DNA of 64,000 nt, taken from NCBI RefSeq assembly GCF_009914755.1, contig NC_060926.1, one strand, 5' to 3'. Position numbers and translations under genes: made by a program. The number at the start of each line of letters is the position of its first letter. Position 1 is the stretch's first letter. Source of the stretch: the human T2T-CHM13v2.0 reference genome, Homo sapiens. This document shows positions 12,980-25,625 of this stretch, one piece after another. The notes beneath the pieces were generated by a model, which did not search any database, was not told where the DNA came from, and worked only from the letters and a program-made list of their open reading frames with translations.

Positions 12980-15952
12980 TTTACTGGATTGCTTCTCTTC
13001 CTTGTCTCCAATCCCTACAACTTTACTGGTGTTTTCCAGGATCACCTTCTGAATAAACTCATTGCACTGGAATCCTTATCCCAGAGTTTTCTTTTAGGGA
13101 GAACAAAAGTCATGATTTTTGGTAATAGAAGTGATTTTAGGAAGTAAAACCTTAGGGATCCCTTCTGTTTTACGATTACCTGCTTAAGAATCCCTTCTAT
13201 TTTAGGATTATCTGCTATCCAATGGCAAGAATGCCTTTGATGTTGATGACAGAAAAGAAAAATGTTGGTTAACTCCTGACATGTTATATCATCAAAATTT
13301 CTAAGATTTTTACCTGTGGTGAATTGGGATGGCATAGGGGTAGGGGTGGTTGCACTAGTCCATAAACAAGCTTTAGTATCTGAGAGGTAGAAAGTCAATG
13401 GCAAGTACAAGACAGTGGTCTACTACTGTCAACTGCCATTAAAACTCTGGGAGAAGAGAATCACAGACTCGGGTTAGCCACCATTGAATCAACTCTAGGG
13501 TAACAGTTAGACAGTTTAAAGGCACTCATGTCCTGCAACTGGATGGTAGATTGTGCTGAGAACCAAGTCCAGGATGTGATTGTGAAAGTGGAAGAACTGC
13601 AAGGGTAGCTGAATGCACAGTCACAAGAATTTCCTAGTTTGGAGTCAGAACCCAGATTGGAAAGGAACAGAATCCCAAAGTCAGGGACATCCAATAGATG
13701 TGCTGGATCATCAGAACCTGCGGATTCTCCTGAATCCTTTGAGAAGGTGAGTGTGGCCTCTTCCTCTTTGCAACAGATTAACAGGCTTCCCTTGTCAAGA
13801 GGTTGTTCAAGTTTTTACCCAACATCATATTTGCCTCATCAAGACTTTTCTCTTTTTATTTTTTTATGAGCAATAATCAAGGTCAAGTTTCAGTATGTTT
13901 CAGCATGGCCTGTCTCTGCTGCAGTAGGAAAGAGATTATTTACTAAATTACTAAAGGAAATGGCCAATATGGATGGACAGAGATAGGAAAGCAGCTTAGA
14001 AATATTTCTGGAGTTTGCCAAACCCCAGTGGGTGAAGAGAGTATAGGGATTGATAATGGAAACTTAATTGATATTCAGGCATTCTTCTCTAACTTGGGGT
14101 TTAATATCCTGGCACGAACAGCTAGAGCTAGCTTTGATACACTGCTGGAAGGCCTCATTAAAGCTTAAAAAAAGTGGTGGCATATTGAAAATAAAGTGAA
14201 GATTACAGAGCAGCCTTGGTAGAATATTGATGAGCAGATAAAAAGGCCCAAATAATAGGTCACATTAAAATCTATTTATGATGTAACAACAGAGAATTCA
14301 CCAAATGACCACATTCTCTGAGAAGGCCCAAAGAGTCTCCCTTTAGTCACAACAAAAATGTGCTAGTTAGGAAGGTACTAGCATTGTTGAGAAGCTACGT
14401 GTGGGCCTCTGCAGGTCTAAGTGGACAGTGAGGGATACTGCTGTGTAAATCGACTCCTTTGTGTCAATGGAAATGACAGAATTTTAGAATAGCAGAGGCT
14501 GATTGGTGTCACTAACCTGTTAAGAGAGCAAGTGAAATTAAGCAACATAATGTACCAACAAGATGGAGTAGTAGTCAGGGACACCGACTCACAGGACCAT
14601 GCCATTACTAGGGGTTCCACGAGCAGCAAGTGGTGAAATTGCTCGACATGTACAACCAATAGATCAAGAGTAGAAATGTCGACTACTGATATCATCTGTT
14701 ACAAAGGAAATATATGACCATTCCCAAGTTTCCATTTCTGATACAATTTTGAGACTCAGATTTCTTTAATTGAAGGTCATAGCAAGTACACCAAGTAGAA
14801 ATTTATCCACATTTTATTTAAGGAACCTACAGGTATGTACCACAATAATTGTATACTGGGGAAAGGTAAATACCCACACACTCAATGAAGATGGTAGAGC
14901 AGGGGCATGTGTGGATGGAAGATTGGTGTCAAACTCAAGGGCTAAAGTGTGCATGGGTTGTTGTCCCCAGTCACATCCATATCTTGGCTTCCAGTTTAAT
15001 GTCTGCAAAACACAGAAGGGTCATGGCGGATGACTATAAACTTTACTAGCATCTATCAAAGTGAGGCGCAAAACAAAAAGTTACGATAACTTTTCTAGTG
15101 AGGTTGAATCATCTTCTGTCTTTGGCTACCTTGAGGAAAGAAACAAGATCAGTGTTCCATGATGGGCCCATGAATAAAGTAGCTATTGTGGCCAGAGTAG
15201 AAAATGTGCATGAGTCCAACTGCATGAGCTCCCTATCACCAAAGAAAAGGGGATCAAATACACAGGAACAAGGGTCTGGGTCACTCTACTGCACGAGCAA
15301 CTTTAACCAGCAGAAGTAGAATCAAGGGTGATGGGAATATCAAATGAGTGGTACAGGATGGAGAGGATGAAAATCAATTACAGCTTTGGAAACAGATGAA
15401 CTGTCAGGGACTATACCGGGTCTCATTGAAACTGCTGTAACATATGTTTTTTTGGTTGTTGTTATGTATTTGTGACTATGACTTGACATTTGACAGAATG
15501 AAAATGGAGGTGGTGAAATATAGCGGAGACTTTGGTGTCTTGCCCTTATCTTCTGAGCACACATTTCTGTATTCTGATGCTGCTTAAGCAAAAATACCTG
15601 AGACTTTTTCATAGGACACTTTTTTTCCAGCTTTGGGAACATGCTTCGTCTTTGCACAGGGTAAACAGAAGTATGGCCAGCATGATAACATCAGTCACAG
15701 CCCTCAACCAGTGAGGGTCAAGGGGTTGGTGTATAAATACCAGAGTTTCTTCAAGTCATCACAAGCGGGATTGAGCATCAAAGTCCGCAGTAACAACTAG
15801 CTTAATAACACACCACACTGTTCTTGGCTTCCCCCCATTCCACGTCTGAGGACATCACTTCCATATGGGCATTCTCTGAAATTATTTTGCAAACAACCTG
15901 CTGCAACTTATATTCTTTTTTAAGGTCTGTTTCTGGAAGATGTTACACTAAG
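12980..15952 (+). mobile_element. Decayed ERVL provirus (ERV3-16A3/LTR16-like): partial 5' LTR, ~2.4 kb internal, 3' LTR
   Basis: LTR16-type end AATAAACT..TTGCAC..AATCCTT..CAG at 13052-13110; PBS-like TGGTAATAGAAGTG at 13120; gag-like AENQVQDVIVKVEELQ at 13555-13602; purine tract near 15500, then an LTR from ~15519 with a similar 3' end at ~15952. Confidence 0.75.
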
Positions 15953-16804
15953 GTAAAGATCTGGTCTGGACTTACATTTTAAGGGAACATTACACTCAAT
16001 GATACAAAATTCCAGAAGTTTATAGTTGGATGAGATTCTGGAATTCTTTAAATCTAGCAATTATGAAAAGTGTATCTAATATAATCAGTCTCTCTTCTTA
16101 CTCAATATGTAAATAAGCTATAGTCCACAGTAGTTAGATGAACCTAAACTAGAAATATAATCTCCTAACTTCTAGTTAGTTGCATTAACCTGCTCAACTA
16201 GCTCATATTTTTAATTCGTTGGTCTCTGAGAGCAACAATTGATTTTGTCACAATTATTCCCAACAAAACAGAAAATGAATAACTAAAGTTTCCATAATTT
16301 TGAAGAATTGTGTGTTATAAGGCTTTATTCAAAGATGGTCAGAAGTGAAATCTTGTTCATTGGTGTGTATAAATATATTCATTATAAGAGTTGATGATAT
16401 AGTCACCAGTAAGGATAATTTCAGAAACAAAAACCCTATCACTCTATTAAATTATGTTTTCTAGTCTCACAGGTTTTACAGTCTTCTTTCAAGTAACTAC
16501 CTATTCCATTCATTCACTTTTATATCCGTCATTTTTTTTTCAAAAATAATACATGGTCTTTTGAGAGGATAGGAAGTACACATATATAAAGCATAAAGTG
16601 CATTCTTTTTATACTCCTCCCAGCCTTCCTCTCCATTTACTTAAAATAGCCACTGCTTTCAGTTCCTTGAATATCTTTCTAGGTATTTTTCAGTAGGTAT
16701 ACATATTCATATACCTCGACTCACCTGCACAAGCACACCTTCAGAGAAGCACATATGCATGCACATATTTGAAAATATAAGATTATACTATGAATTCCAC
16801 TAAG

Positions 16805-17035
16805 TGTTGATTCCATTCTGTGGCTATTGTGAAGAATGCTGCAGTGAACATGGGAGAACATACATCTCTTTGACATATTGATTTCATTTTCCTTCAATAT
16901 ATACCCAGAAGTGAAATGGTTGTCTCATACGGTAATTCTATTTTTAATTTTTTGAGGAAGTTTCATGTGATTTGCCATAATGACTATACCAATTTACATT
17001 CCCACCAACAGTGCACAAGAATTCTCTTTCCTGTG
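16805..17035 (-). mobile_element. L1MA-type fragment
   Basis: GGCTATTGTGAAGAATGCTGCAGTGAACATGGGAG...ATACCCAGAAGTG...TTTACATTCCCACCAACAGTG. Confidence 0.9.
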
Positions 17036-17959
17036 TGTTTTTATGGCCGAGACTGCTAGCTTCTGCCCTTTCTCTTTCTTACCAGTTGTGATCAAATATC
17101 TCAGGTTTGACCATCTCTCCAGTAATCCTTTCTGTGTGGTTGTTCTCTGTTTTTTGCTCCAATAGTTCCATGTATGTTGCTGCATTTTCTTAAATGGACC
17201 CTTGAGCTCTCCCAAGGCTACTAACTATTCATAGATAACTGTCTATTTGCTGTTTTTTGTGAGGTGGGGGTGGTGGGGGAGAAATGAGGCTACTCCACCA
17301 TTTTGCTGTTTATTATCATACCTGACTTTTTCATGTTTAGCTTTAAAATACACCTGGAATTCATTTTGTTATAATATAAAATAGAGTAACTCTTCACCCT
17401 TCACTCCTCACCCTCATTATAAGAGTGTCATGCAAACTGGAGAAAGCCCTTGTTTTCCTGATCAATTTGGAATGTTATATCATAAATATTTACACACACA
17501 CACACACAATTTGTTTCCTCCTTCCTCCATAATAATGAATCATTTTCTGAGTACTTGGATGGTAAAGCTCATTCCTGAATGACTATGTTTTATTTACTAT
17601 AAAATTATAGAGTGCTTTGATATCTGATCAGGCAAATTCCACTCACTGCTATTTTTAAAAATATTGGCTTTCTGGGGGTATTTACTTATTAACTAAATTT
17701 AAGAATTGCTTTTCAAGTCCTTTTGATAAATCCCTTTGATGGCAAACATATAAATTTTGAAAGGCAAATAGCATTTAATCTATTTTTGTATTTTCAGTTA
17801 TTACAAACTGCTATTCAGTCAGTTCATGCATACTTACCATGCCAGGTACAGTTTTAGGCACCAACTGTAGAGCTATTAACAAATCATTGACAGCTTATTA
17901 TCTCTCTGGGTAATATTTTAACATTTAAAAGTCAGCACATAAAATCTTCTCACCATCCA

Positions 17960-18575
17960 AAATTATTTCTATTTCTTATATCTCTGACTCTAGTTAATGG
18001 CACTTGTACATTCTCAGTTATTTAGGTTAAAATTCATGAAACTATCTTTTAAAATTTCATTTTTCTTCTCCTATCATAGTGTATAATATTTTGTCAAAAC
18101 TTGTCTTTCCTCTTTGGTTCTTCCTTCCCTTCATTTTTACACCATCATGCCAGTTCCCAGCCAGGCTGCCTTCATTCCTCCTTGCTTCCTTATTCTGTGT
18201 GTTCACTGCTATCAAAGCAGAATTCCTAAACCACAGCTCTGATCAGATCCTTCAAGTCCTTCCTGGAAACTTTCAAGAATACAAGCTGTGGACCTGGCCT
18301 TCAGAAAAGGCACAAAAAAATCAGTAGCATATTGTGAATTTATTCTTCAAATTAATATAATCTGTAAAAAAAAAACTTGAAGCATGATAAAAAGGAGCAG
18401 GTCACCAGCAGATAATGAACAAAGGTACAGTAAGTGGTGCAGAGGGATGATGACTAGAATAGAAGCTCCATGAAAACAAGATTTCTCTGTCTATTTTATT
18501 AGTTCTATATCCATAATACTTAAAATAGTACCACGTGCATAATATACCATCAGTAAATATTTTTTAATGAATGTC
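17960..18575 (+). mobile_element. L2 fragments including the 3' end
   Basis: AGTTAATGGCAC near 17990; 3' terminus TAGAATAGAAGCTCCATGA...CAGTAAATATTT..AATGAATG. Confidence 0.6.
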
Positions 18576-18684
18576 AAAGGCAGAGACACAGACATTGACA
18601 GGGATTGTTTGTTTGGAAGGTTCCAACAAAGGGTATGGACTCAGGCCTTCCTCTTTGAGCAGTGGTGGCTGTTGGTCAAGCAGT

Positions 18685-18885
18685 TCCTCAATGCTCACCA
18701 GGTGCTAGGCCTTGCTAATGCTTTACATTTATTATATTATATAATCCCTAAACAGCCACATGATATAATTGCATTATTTGTTTCCTATTTTAAAGATAAA
18801 AAAACTGAGGCTTACAGGGGCTGATTAATATGCCCAGATACCAAAGCTAAGTATGTGATGGAACCAGGATTTAAACATCAGAGAC
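18685..18885 (-). mobile_element. MIR
   Basis: CCAGGTGCTAGG..GCTTTACAT..TATTTTAAAGATAAAAAAACTGAGGCTTA..GAACCAGGATTTAAAC. Confidence 0.75.
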
Positions 18886-19199
18886 TTACATAGAGTTCAT
18901 TAGGAGCCAGGCATTTCTAAGATTTGAGACGTATTTGTGTCACCAGAAAAACAGGAAAATTTATCACAAGTAGAAAACATAATTACATAAATATGTAATA
19001 TATTTTTAAAAATGCTAAAGAATTAAAATATGAAACAATTATTGATTATTATATAATAAATTCTGTCAGATTTTTGTGTTGATACATTCAAATACTACAA
19101 CCTGTTTTTTCTAGGGAACAAACTATAAAAATTATACAATTTATATAATTATAGAATTTTAATTATTTATTTATACAACTATTTTTCAAAAAACCTGTA

Positions 19200-19640
19200 G
19201 AATGATCACACAAGTACAGATATAATGATTTTGGATAAATTACAACACATATAGTCCAATAGTATATTAAAATTATATTCCAGTTGTTAAGCAACATTTG
19301 CAAATCAATTTAATACTAGGAAATCTATTTCTATAACTAAGCCACCATATGGAAGGAAAAAGATGTATGTTTATATTGTAGACGACAGCAATCATGTGAA
19401 AAAGTGCAGCAACACTTTCTGATAAAAGCTGAAAGCTAGTTTCATAAGGATATGTTCTTTATGGAATAAAGATTATCTATATTGAACCAACGGTTCACTT
19501 CATAATTAAAAACAAAACACCCTGAGGATTTTCATCAAATTTAGAAACATGGCAAAAAGTATGATTATTTCAATATTGTTTATATTAACCTGGGGAAGCG
19601 CTAGTCAAGATATAGAGGCAAATATGTATAATATAAGAAA
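19200..19640 (+). mobile_element. Highly decayed L1 ORF2 fragment
   Basis: A-rich degenerate L1ME-like sequence (CAAATCAATT, TTCAATATTGT). Confidence 0.4.
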
Positions 19641-20429
19641 AGACAAACATTAGTTTTGTTGTTATTTAATATTCTTTATTATTCTGGTGTTTGGAGGGAG
19701 AGAGAGATACTTATAGATACAATCCATATGTGAAACTGATTTTACATCTGATTCTCCAATTTATTTTTAATATATATACACAAATGGTCTTATGGAAGAA
19801 AAATAGAACCTTTCAGATGCAGTGAGAATAGTACATGTTATGATTGTTCTGTTGGATAGAACCCTTCCCTAAGATCTAGGCGTCCTCACCCCCGACGCAT
19901 AGACTTATAATCTATATATCTTGGAGGGTGTAAAGTGTTTTCTTTAATATAAATCTTTTCTAGATTCCATCTGTTGAAATAATCAAAGTGAGATCCAGGT
20001 TTTGACACAGCAAAATTGTAAGCTATTAGCCTATCAATTTAAGGGGCATCAATTGAAACATGTTATACTTTTTTCCATTCTAGGCATAAGTAAAAACTGT
20101 ACTTGATTTTACTTTCTTCATTTCCACAAATATAAAATAGAAGATAAGGAGGAGGTGTGTGATAATCTTGGGGTTTAACTCCCAGGGGCTGGGTACACAT
20201 CCCAGGAGTAAGGAGGAACAGGAAGTTCTTCAGTCATGGGAAGAGTGAGTGATATGCTATGTCTACATAGAGGAAGCCTTAATGGAATTAATATGATGTG
20301 CTTCTTGTCAAACTGCCTGCCAGAAGATAAAAAGTTATTGGAAACTCTACAACTCTACAATGTTTTAGTCTGAATGCCCAATATTTACTAAACAAATAAG
20401 TAAGCAAACAAACAAAGGAAACAGCCATG

Positions 20430-21075
20430 CTAAACAACAGAACCAAAAGAAAACAGATTCACAGATGACCCAGAAATTGGAGTTATCAGGCATGATATTA
20501 AAATAACCATAATTAATATGATAAAATAGATAGGAAGATGGCTAAAAAATTGTAATTTATACAAAGCAAACACATGAAAATCTCAGGATTGTTTAAATAA
20601 GTACTCTATTAGATGGGTACAACTGCAGATTGGGCATTATAGAATAGAGGATTCATGAGTAAAACTTCGATTGACAGGAAAGAATCAAGACTGAAACACT
20701 GATAAAAAATTGAAAATACATAAGGGAGAGTGTGAAAAGATCTTAAAGGCATGTAATTAGCTTATCAAGAAGAGAGGAGAGAGAAAGGGAGATTGGGAAA
20801 GAAAATATTTGAAAAGATGATGGTCAAGAAATTTTTTAAGTTGATGAATGATATAAAGAAGGGCTACCAGAGCAAATGGGATAGATACAAACCAGATAAA
20901 TAAATAAGTACAACTTTTACCATGTAATAAAAAATAAAAGACGGCCAATGAGAAGTGAAAACCTTAAAAGTATCTAGAGAAGAAAAGTCATATCTCCCTA
21001 AAAGCAATAATGAAATGACAGCTAATTCCTCAGAAGAAAAGATGAAAGCCCAGAGATAATGGAATAGCATTTAAA
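20430..21075 (+). mobile_element. Old L1 ORF1-region fragment
   Basis: CAGATGACCCAGA..GGAGTTATCAG, AAATATTTGAAAAGATGATGG, ATGAAAGCCCAGAGATAATGGAATAGCAT. Confidence 0.7.
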
Positions 21076-21169
21076 CTATTGATTTTTTTCCACATTTTGA
21101 AGCTTTTCTGAAAGATATTCCCCAAAAGCTAGTTAGATAATAATTAGATAATGATTACATATAGAGAAA

Positions 21170-21819
21170 GAAGAAATGCCTTAGATGGATTGAGTTCATT
21201 AGACTAATCCTCAAAAATAAAAATGTTCTGAGAAAATAAGCCACAGAATAGGCACTACCTAAACTTAGGCAAAGAATAGGCAAGAAATCACTAAAAACTG
21301 GATTCAGTGACAGCATATAAAGTGTCACAATTCCACATAGAATAAGCACATATTAACACACTTTTTGAAGATGTATTGCTTGTATATTTTGGACGTGTTA
21401 TATGCCCATTTCTTTCTCCCCAGCTCTTGTTACTTACAATTAAAAGGTTTTAGTTTTTCTCATCTGCAGCCTTAGGACAATGAGCCTTAATTAATTTTTG
21501 GCTGTGTACCTGTTTCTTCACCTGTGCTTTGCATAATGTAACTTCCTGTTCTTCTGTTTAATGAGAATAGCTCTATGGGACTGTGGCTCTATACCTCTTC
21601 TCCCTTCCATCCCAGTTGTCTATGTCTGTGTTCTCCTTGTGAGCCGCGTCTTTCAGTGGATCAATAAACTTTCTGAGTTGTGGTGAGCAGGAGGCACTTT
21701 AAGCCTCTTTTGGCTTGACGAGCCCCTTGTGCATTCAATTCTGAACCAAAAATAGATGCCTCCACTTCTCTTACTGGCTGCTTCTGGGTGCAACATTAAA
21801 CACTGGCCTAGCAGCAACA
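21170..21819 (+). mobile_element. Probable old solo LTR, family not identified
   Basis: LTR-like composition, CAATAAAC at 21662, and a possible ...CAACA terminus at ~21819. Confidence 0.35.
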
Positions 21820-22183
21820 CTTAAGATCACCATTGTCTAACGACTATTTGCTTCAGAAGAGCCTTCAAAAGTGGGAAAGAAATAGTAAAGAAAGGAAGGT
21901 AATAAAAAGAGAGGGATTCTATTAGAAATTGATGAACGAGAGATGGAAACACTCGTTTATGAAGTTTAATCATTACAAGTTTTATTGACAATCTATTGTT
22001 ACAGTGCACTGTTCTAATCACAAGAAGTCAGTAAACTAGATATTTAGATGTGATCTCTGATTGTCTTATCTAAACAGCAAGTGAATGAGCTGGATTCCAA
22101 ACACAAGATGACTTGCACTGAAAATATTTTTCTCTAATATCAAAATGACTATAATACAAAGTGTCCAATTTTTTTTATCCTCT

Positions 22184-22846
22184 ACAGTATCTTGGTAGAT
22201 ATCGTGGGTTTGATTTCAAACCATTGCAATAAAGCGAATGTCACAATAAGCAAGTCACAAAAATTTTTTGTTTTCCCAGTGTATATAAATGTTATACTTA
22301 CACCATACTGTAATCTATTAAAAGTGTGCAATATAGCATTGTGTCTAGAAAACAACGTAAATACAAACATTAATTTAAAAATACTTGCTGGGCATGGTGG
22401 CTCACACCTGTAATTCCAGCACTTTCGGAGTCTGAGGCGAGCAGACCATGAGGTAAGGAGTTCAAGACAAGCCTGGCCAACATGGTGAAACCCCATCTCT
22501 ACTAAAAATACAAAAATTAGCCAGGGGTAGTGCCAGGTGCCTGTAAGCCAAGCTACTCAGGAAGCTGAGGCAGGATAATTGCTTGAACCCAGGAGTCAGA
22601 GGTTGCAGTGAGCCGAGATCATACCACTGCACTCCAGCCTGGGCAACAGAGCAACACTCCATCTTAAAAAAAATACTTTATTGCTAAAAAATGCTGAAAC
22701 AGAGATATGAAGTGAGCACATGCTATTGGAAAAGTGGCAATAGTAGACTTCCTTAATTCAGGCTTGCCACAAACCTTCAGTTTATAAAAAAATGCACAAT
22801 ATCTGAAATGCACTAAGGCAAAGTGCAATAAAATGATGTATGCCTG
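22184..22846 (-). mobile_element. Internally deleted Tigger1 retaining both ends, split by an Alu
   Basis: Left part matches one Tigger1 terminus (CCATTGCAATAAAGCGAAT..AGTCACA..TTCCCAGTG); right part matches the other (GAAGTGAGCACATGCT..GCCACAAACCTTCA..CAATAAAATGATGTATGCCTG). Confidence 0.85.
22387..22672 (+). mobile_element. AluS with a short tail, inside Tigger1
   Basis: Full Alu body; TSD AAAAATACTT on both sides (22377-22386 and 22669-22678). Confidence 0.95.
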
Positions 22847-23577
22847 CGTATGTCTGTATCCTATTTCTAATAAACATATATACATTAGCAACACTTTTAC
22901 AGACTCTGTCTTTTAAACAATGTATTAAAAGATAAAGCTTAACATTGCTGTCAGCATGTGTGTCTTCAAATTAGTAAATTTGGTGTTATGTTGAATTACA
23001 GTAGATACCCAACTTTAGTTTTAATTAAGTCATCTGTGATAACATATGTAGCAAGTGATTTGTTTTTCTTCTTAATTCTAGAGAATTATTTTCAACACAA
23101 CATAACTACAAAGTCTGGGATATTATGATTGTATTTTTTCCACTAGCTATGTATCTAATTATATTTTGTATACATTTTCAACACCTTACCAGTGTTTTCG
23201 ACCTAGCACACACACTTCTCAATCCAGTATGGTACTTGCAATTTCTCACATAACTGAATGGAACTCCAAGAGGGTAAATTCTATATCGCCAAGGCCCACG
23301 CATTGTCTGATATATGGAAAACATCTGGCAAATAGAACTAACTAGTTCTGTGATGTTTTCCTTATTTACTAAGCCCTATGTAGTGACTCCAAGTTTTAAG
23401 AGCCGAGCAAAATCTTGGCCAACTTTAATTCTAATTATTTTAAAACCAGAAATGAAGACAAATTTTATGGCACATGAGAGTTCAGTCTGAGGTTATGTGC
23501 ATTTCCATTGCCCTTTGTCCTTTAATCAAATGATAATAAACAATAATCAGATAATACCCACAATAAACCTAGCCATC

Positions 23578-24222
23578 TGCTACCGGAAAGGGGTTCTGAT
23601 CCAGACCCCAAGAGAGGGTTCCTGGATCTCGCGCAAGAAAGAATTCAGGGCGAGTCCATAGAGTAAAGTGAAAGCAAGTTTATTAAGAAAGTAAAGGAAT
23701 AAAATAATGGCTATTCCATAGGCAGAGCAGCAGCTTGAGCTGTTGGCCTAAGAATATTTACAGTTATTTCTTGATCATATGCTAAACAAAGGGTGCATTA
23801 TTCATGAGTTTTCCAGAAAAGGGGTGGGCAATTCCCAGAGCTGAGGGTTCCTCCCATTTTTACACCCCATTGGGTAACTGCCTGACGTTGGCATGGCATT
23901 TGTAAACTATCATGACACTGTTGGTGTTGGAAGTGTCTTCAGCATGCAAATGCATTATAATTGGCATATAATGAGCAGTGAGGATGACCAGGGGTCACTC
24001 TCATCACCATCCTGGTTTTGGTGGGTTTTGGCTGGCTTCTTTACTGCAAGCTGTTTTATCAGCAAGGTCTTTATAATGTGTATCTTGTGCTGACCTCCTA
24101 TCTCATCCTGTATCTTAGAATGCTTAACCTCCTGGGAACGCAGCCCAGCCCAGTAGGTCTCAGTCTTATTTTACCCAGCCCCTATTCAAGATGGAGTTGC
24201 TCTGGTTTAAATTCCTCTGACC
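23578..24222 (-). mobile_element. MER41B-like ERV1 solo LTR
   Basis: GATCCAGACCCCAAGAGAGGGTT..GGATCTCGCGCAAGAAAGAATTCAGGGCGAGTCC and the end TTCAAGATGGAGTTGCTCTGGTT..CTCTGAC; includes the GAS-bearing segment; imperfect 4-bp TSD CATC/CTTC. Confidence 0.92.
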
Positions 24223-25169
24223 CTTCCATTGACGTAGTTTAGCCTTTTGCTTTGTGAGGGTTTTGTTTTGTTCCCAAAAGTCTGAGAAGTTCTTGACTAT
24301 AAGTTTCAGAGATAAATAAAGAAAAAAAAATTCTCTTTCACACTGAAGAAATGCTTCAAAGCATAGCATTCAAAAGCTAACCCAACCCACTTTAGGTAGA
24401 AACAATTTGTTTTGTTAAGTTCTAATCAGAACTACATTAAGCCATTTGAGTCCAGTTGAATGGGTAGGTTCCTGAGCATCTTCATAGACCCAGTAAACAG
24501 TGAGCAAATACTCATTAAAGCAAATTTTCTTGGAAAAACTCTTCAGGCATTTAAGTTTCATATTCTTCAATACTTACTTCCAAAGAAAGAAACAGACAGA
24601 TCTAGTGCAACTTTCTTAAGATACACAGTTTCTTTTTCACTTTTTTTCTTTAGTAAATATGATTAATTATAAAGTGAGTATCAGGACACATGTAAGAAGA
24701 ATAATAACCAAGGGTCTTCTGGAACAGTCTGTCAGTTAACTGATTTTGAACTTAATGGATTCTTCCTAATTACTAACGACAAAATGGTGAATCAACATGA
24801 AATTTGTAATTAAGTGGGAAAGCTGAATATTAACACTTTTGTTTTGTAAATAACTATAGGTACGAAAAAATCATTGATGAAGGTGGTTAGGAAAATTTGT
24901 CTAGTCTGGGATTTCAGTGAAATAAATATAGGCATGTCAGTTTCTTTATAAAGCTAAGGCACCATTCATATTTCTAACTAAACTCATGCTACCTGATGAA
25001 CTTCAGTCATCCTTCACAGAACAGCTCTTGTGAGGTCTTCCTAGCATACTAACCACGGTAGCTTTCTGTACAGACTTACATAATGAGGAAATTTACATTA
25101 AGATGTAATGAAATATTGTTTTCTGTGTGCATCTGTATTAGTGAGCTCCCTGAGTGCAAGTATGTGTCT

Positions 25170-25625
25170 GTGTCTTCGTTCATTTTGTACAGCTGAAATA
25201 GAATACCACAGACTGTAATTTATAGTAAATACAAATTTACTATAAAATTTGTGGCTTACAGTTCTGGAGGCTGGAAAATCCACAAACAAGGTACCACAAT
25301 TTGCTAATGGCCTTCTTGCTGCATTATAACATAGCAGAAGTTATCACATTTCCAAAGGGCAAAGATAGGATGAAAAAGAGAAAAGAAGAAAGAGAGAAAG
25401 AGAGAGCAAAAGAGAGGTGAGGGGAGCATGCAAAAGAAGGTGAATCCACTCTCACAATAACAATAACTAACCGACCCCCCAAGAAGATAAGGGCATAAAT
25501 CCATTTATAAGGATACAGTCCTCATGGCCCAGTAACCTCTTAAAGGTCCCACATTTTAATACTGTCACAATGCTAATTAAATTTTAACATGAGTTTTCAA
25601 GGAGGCAAACATTTAATCCATAAAA
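25170..25625 (-). mobile_element. MaLR LTR (MSTC/MSTD-like) inserted in an L2 3' end
   Basis: GAATACCACAGACTG, ACAGTTCTGGAGGCTGG, CCTCTTAAAGGTCCCAC, TTTAACATGAGTTTT; the flanks read as a split L2 terminus. Confidence 0.85.
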
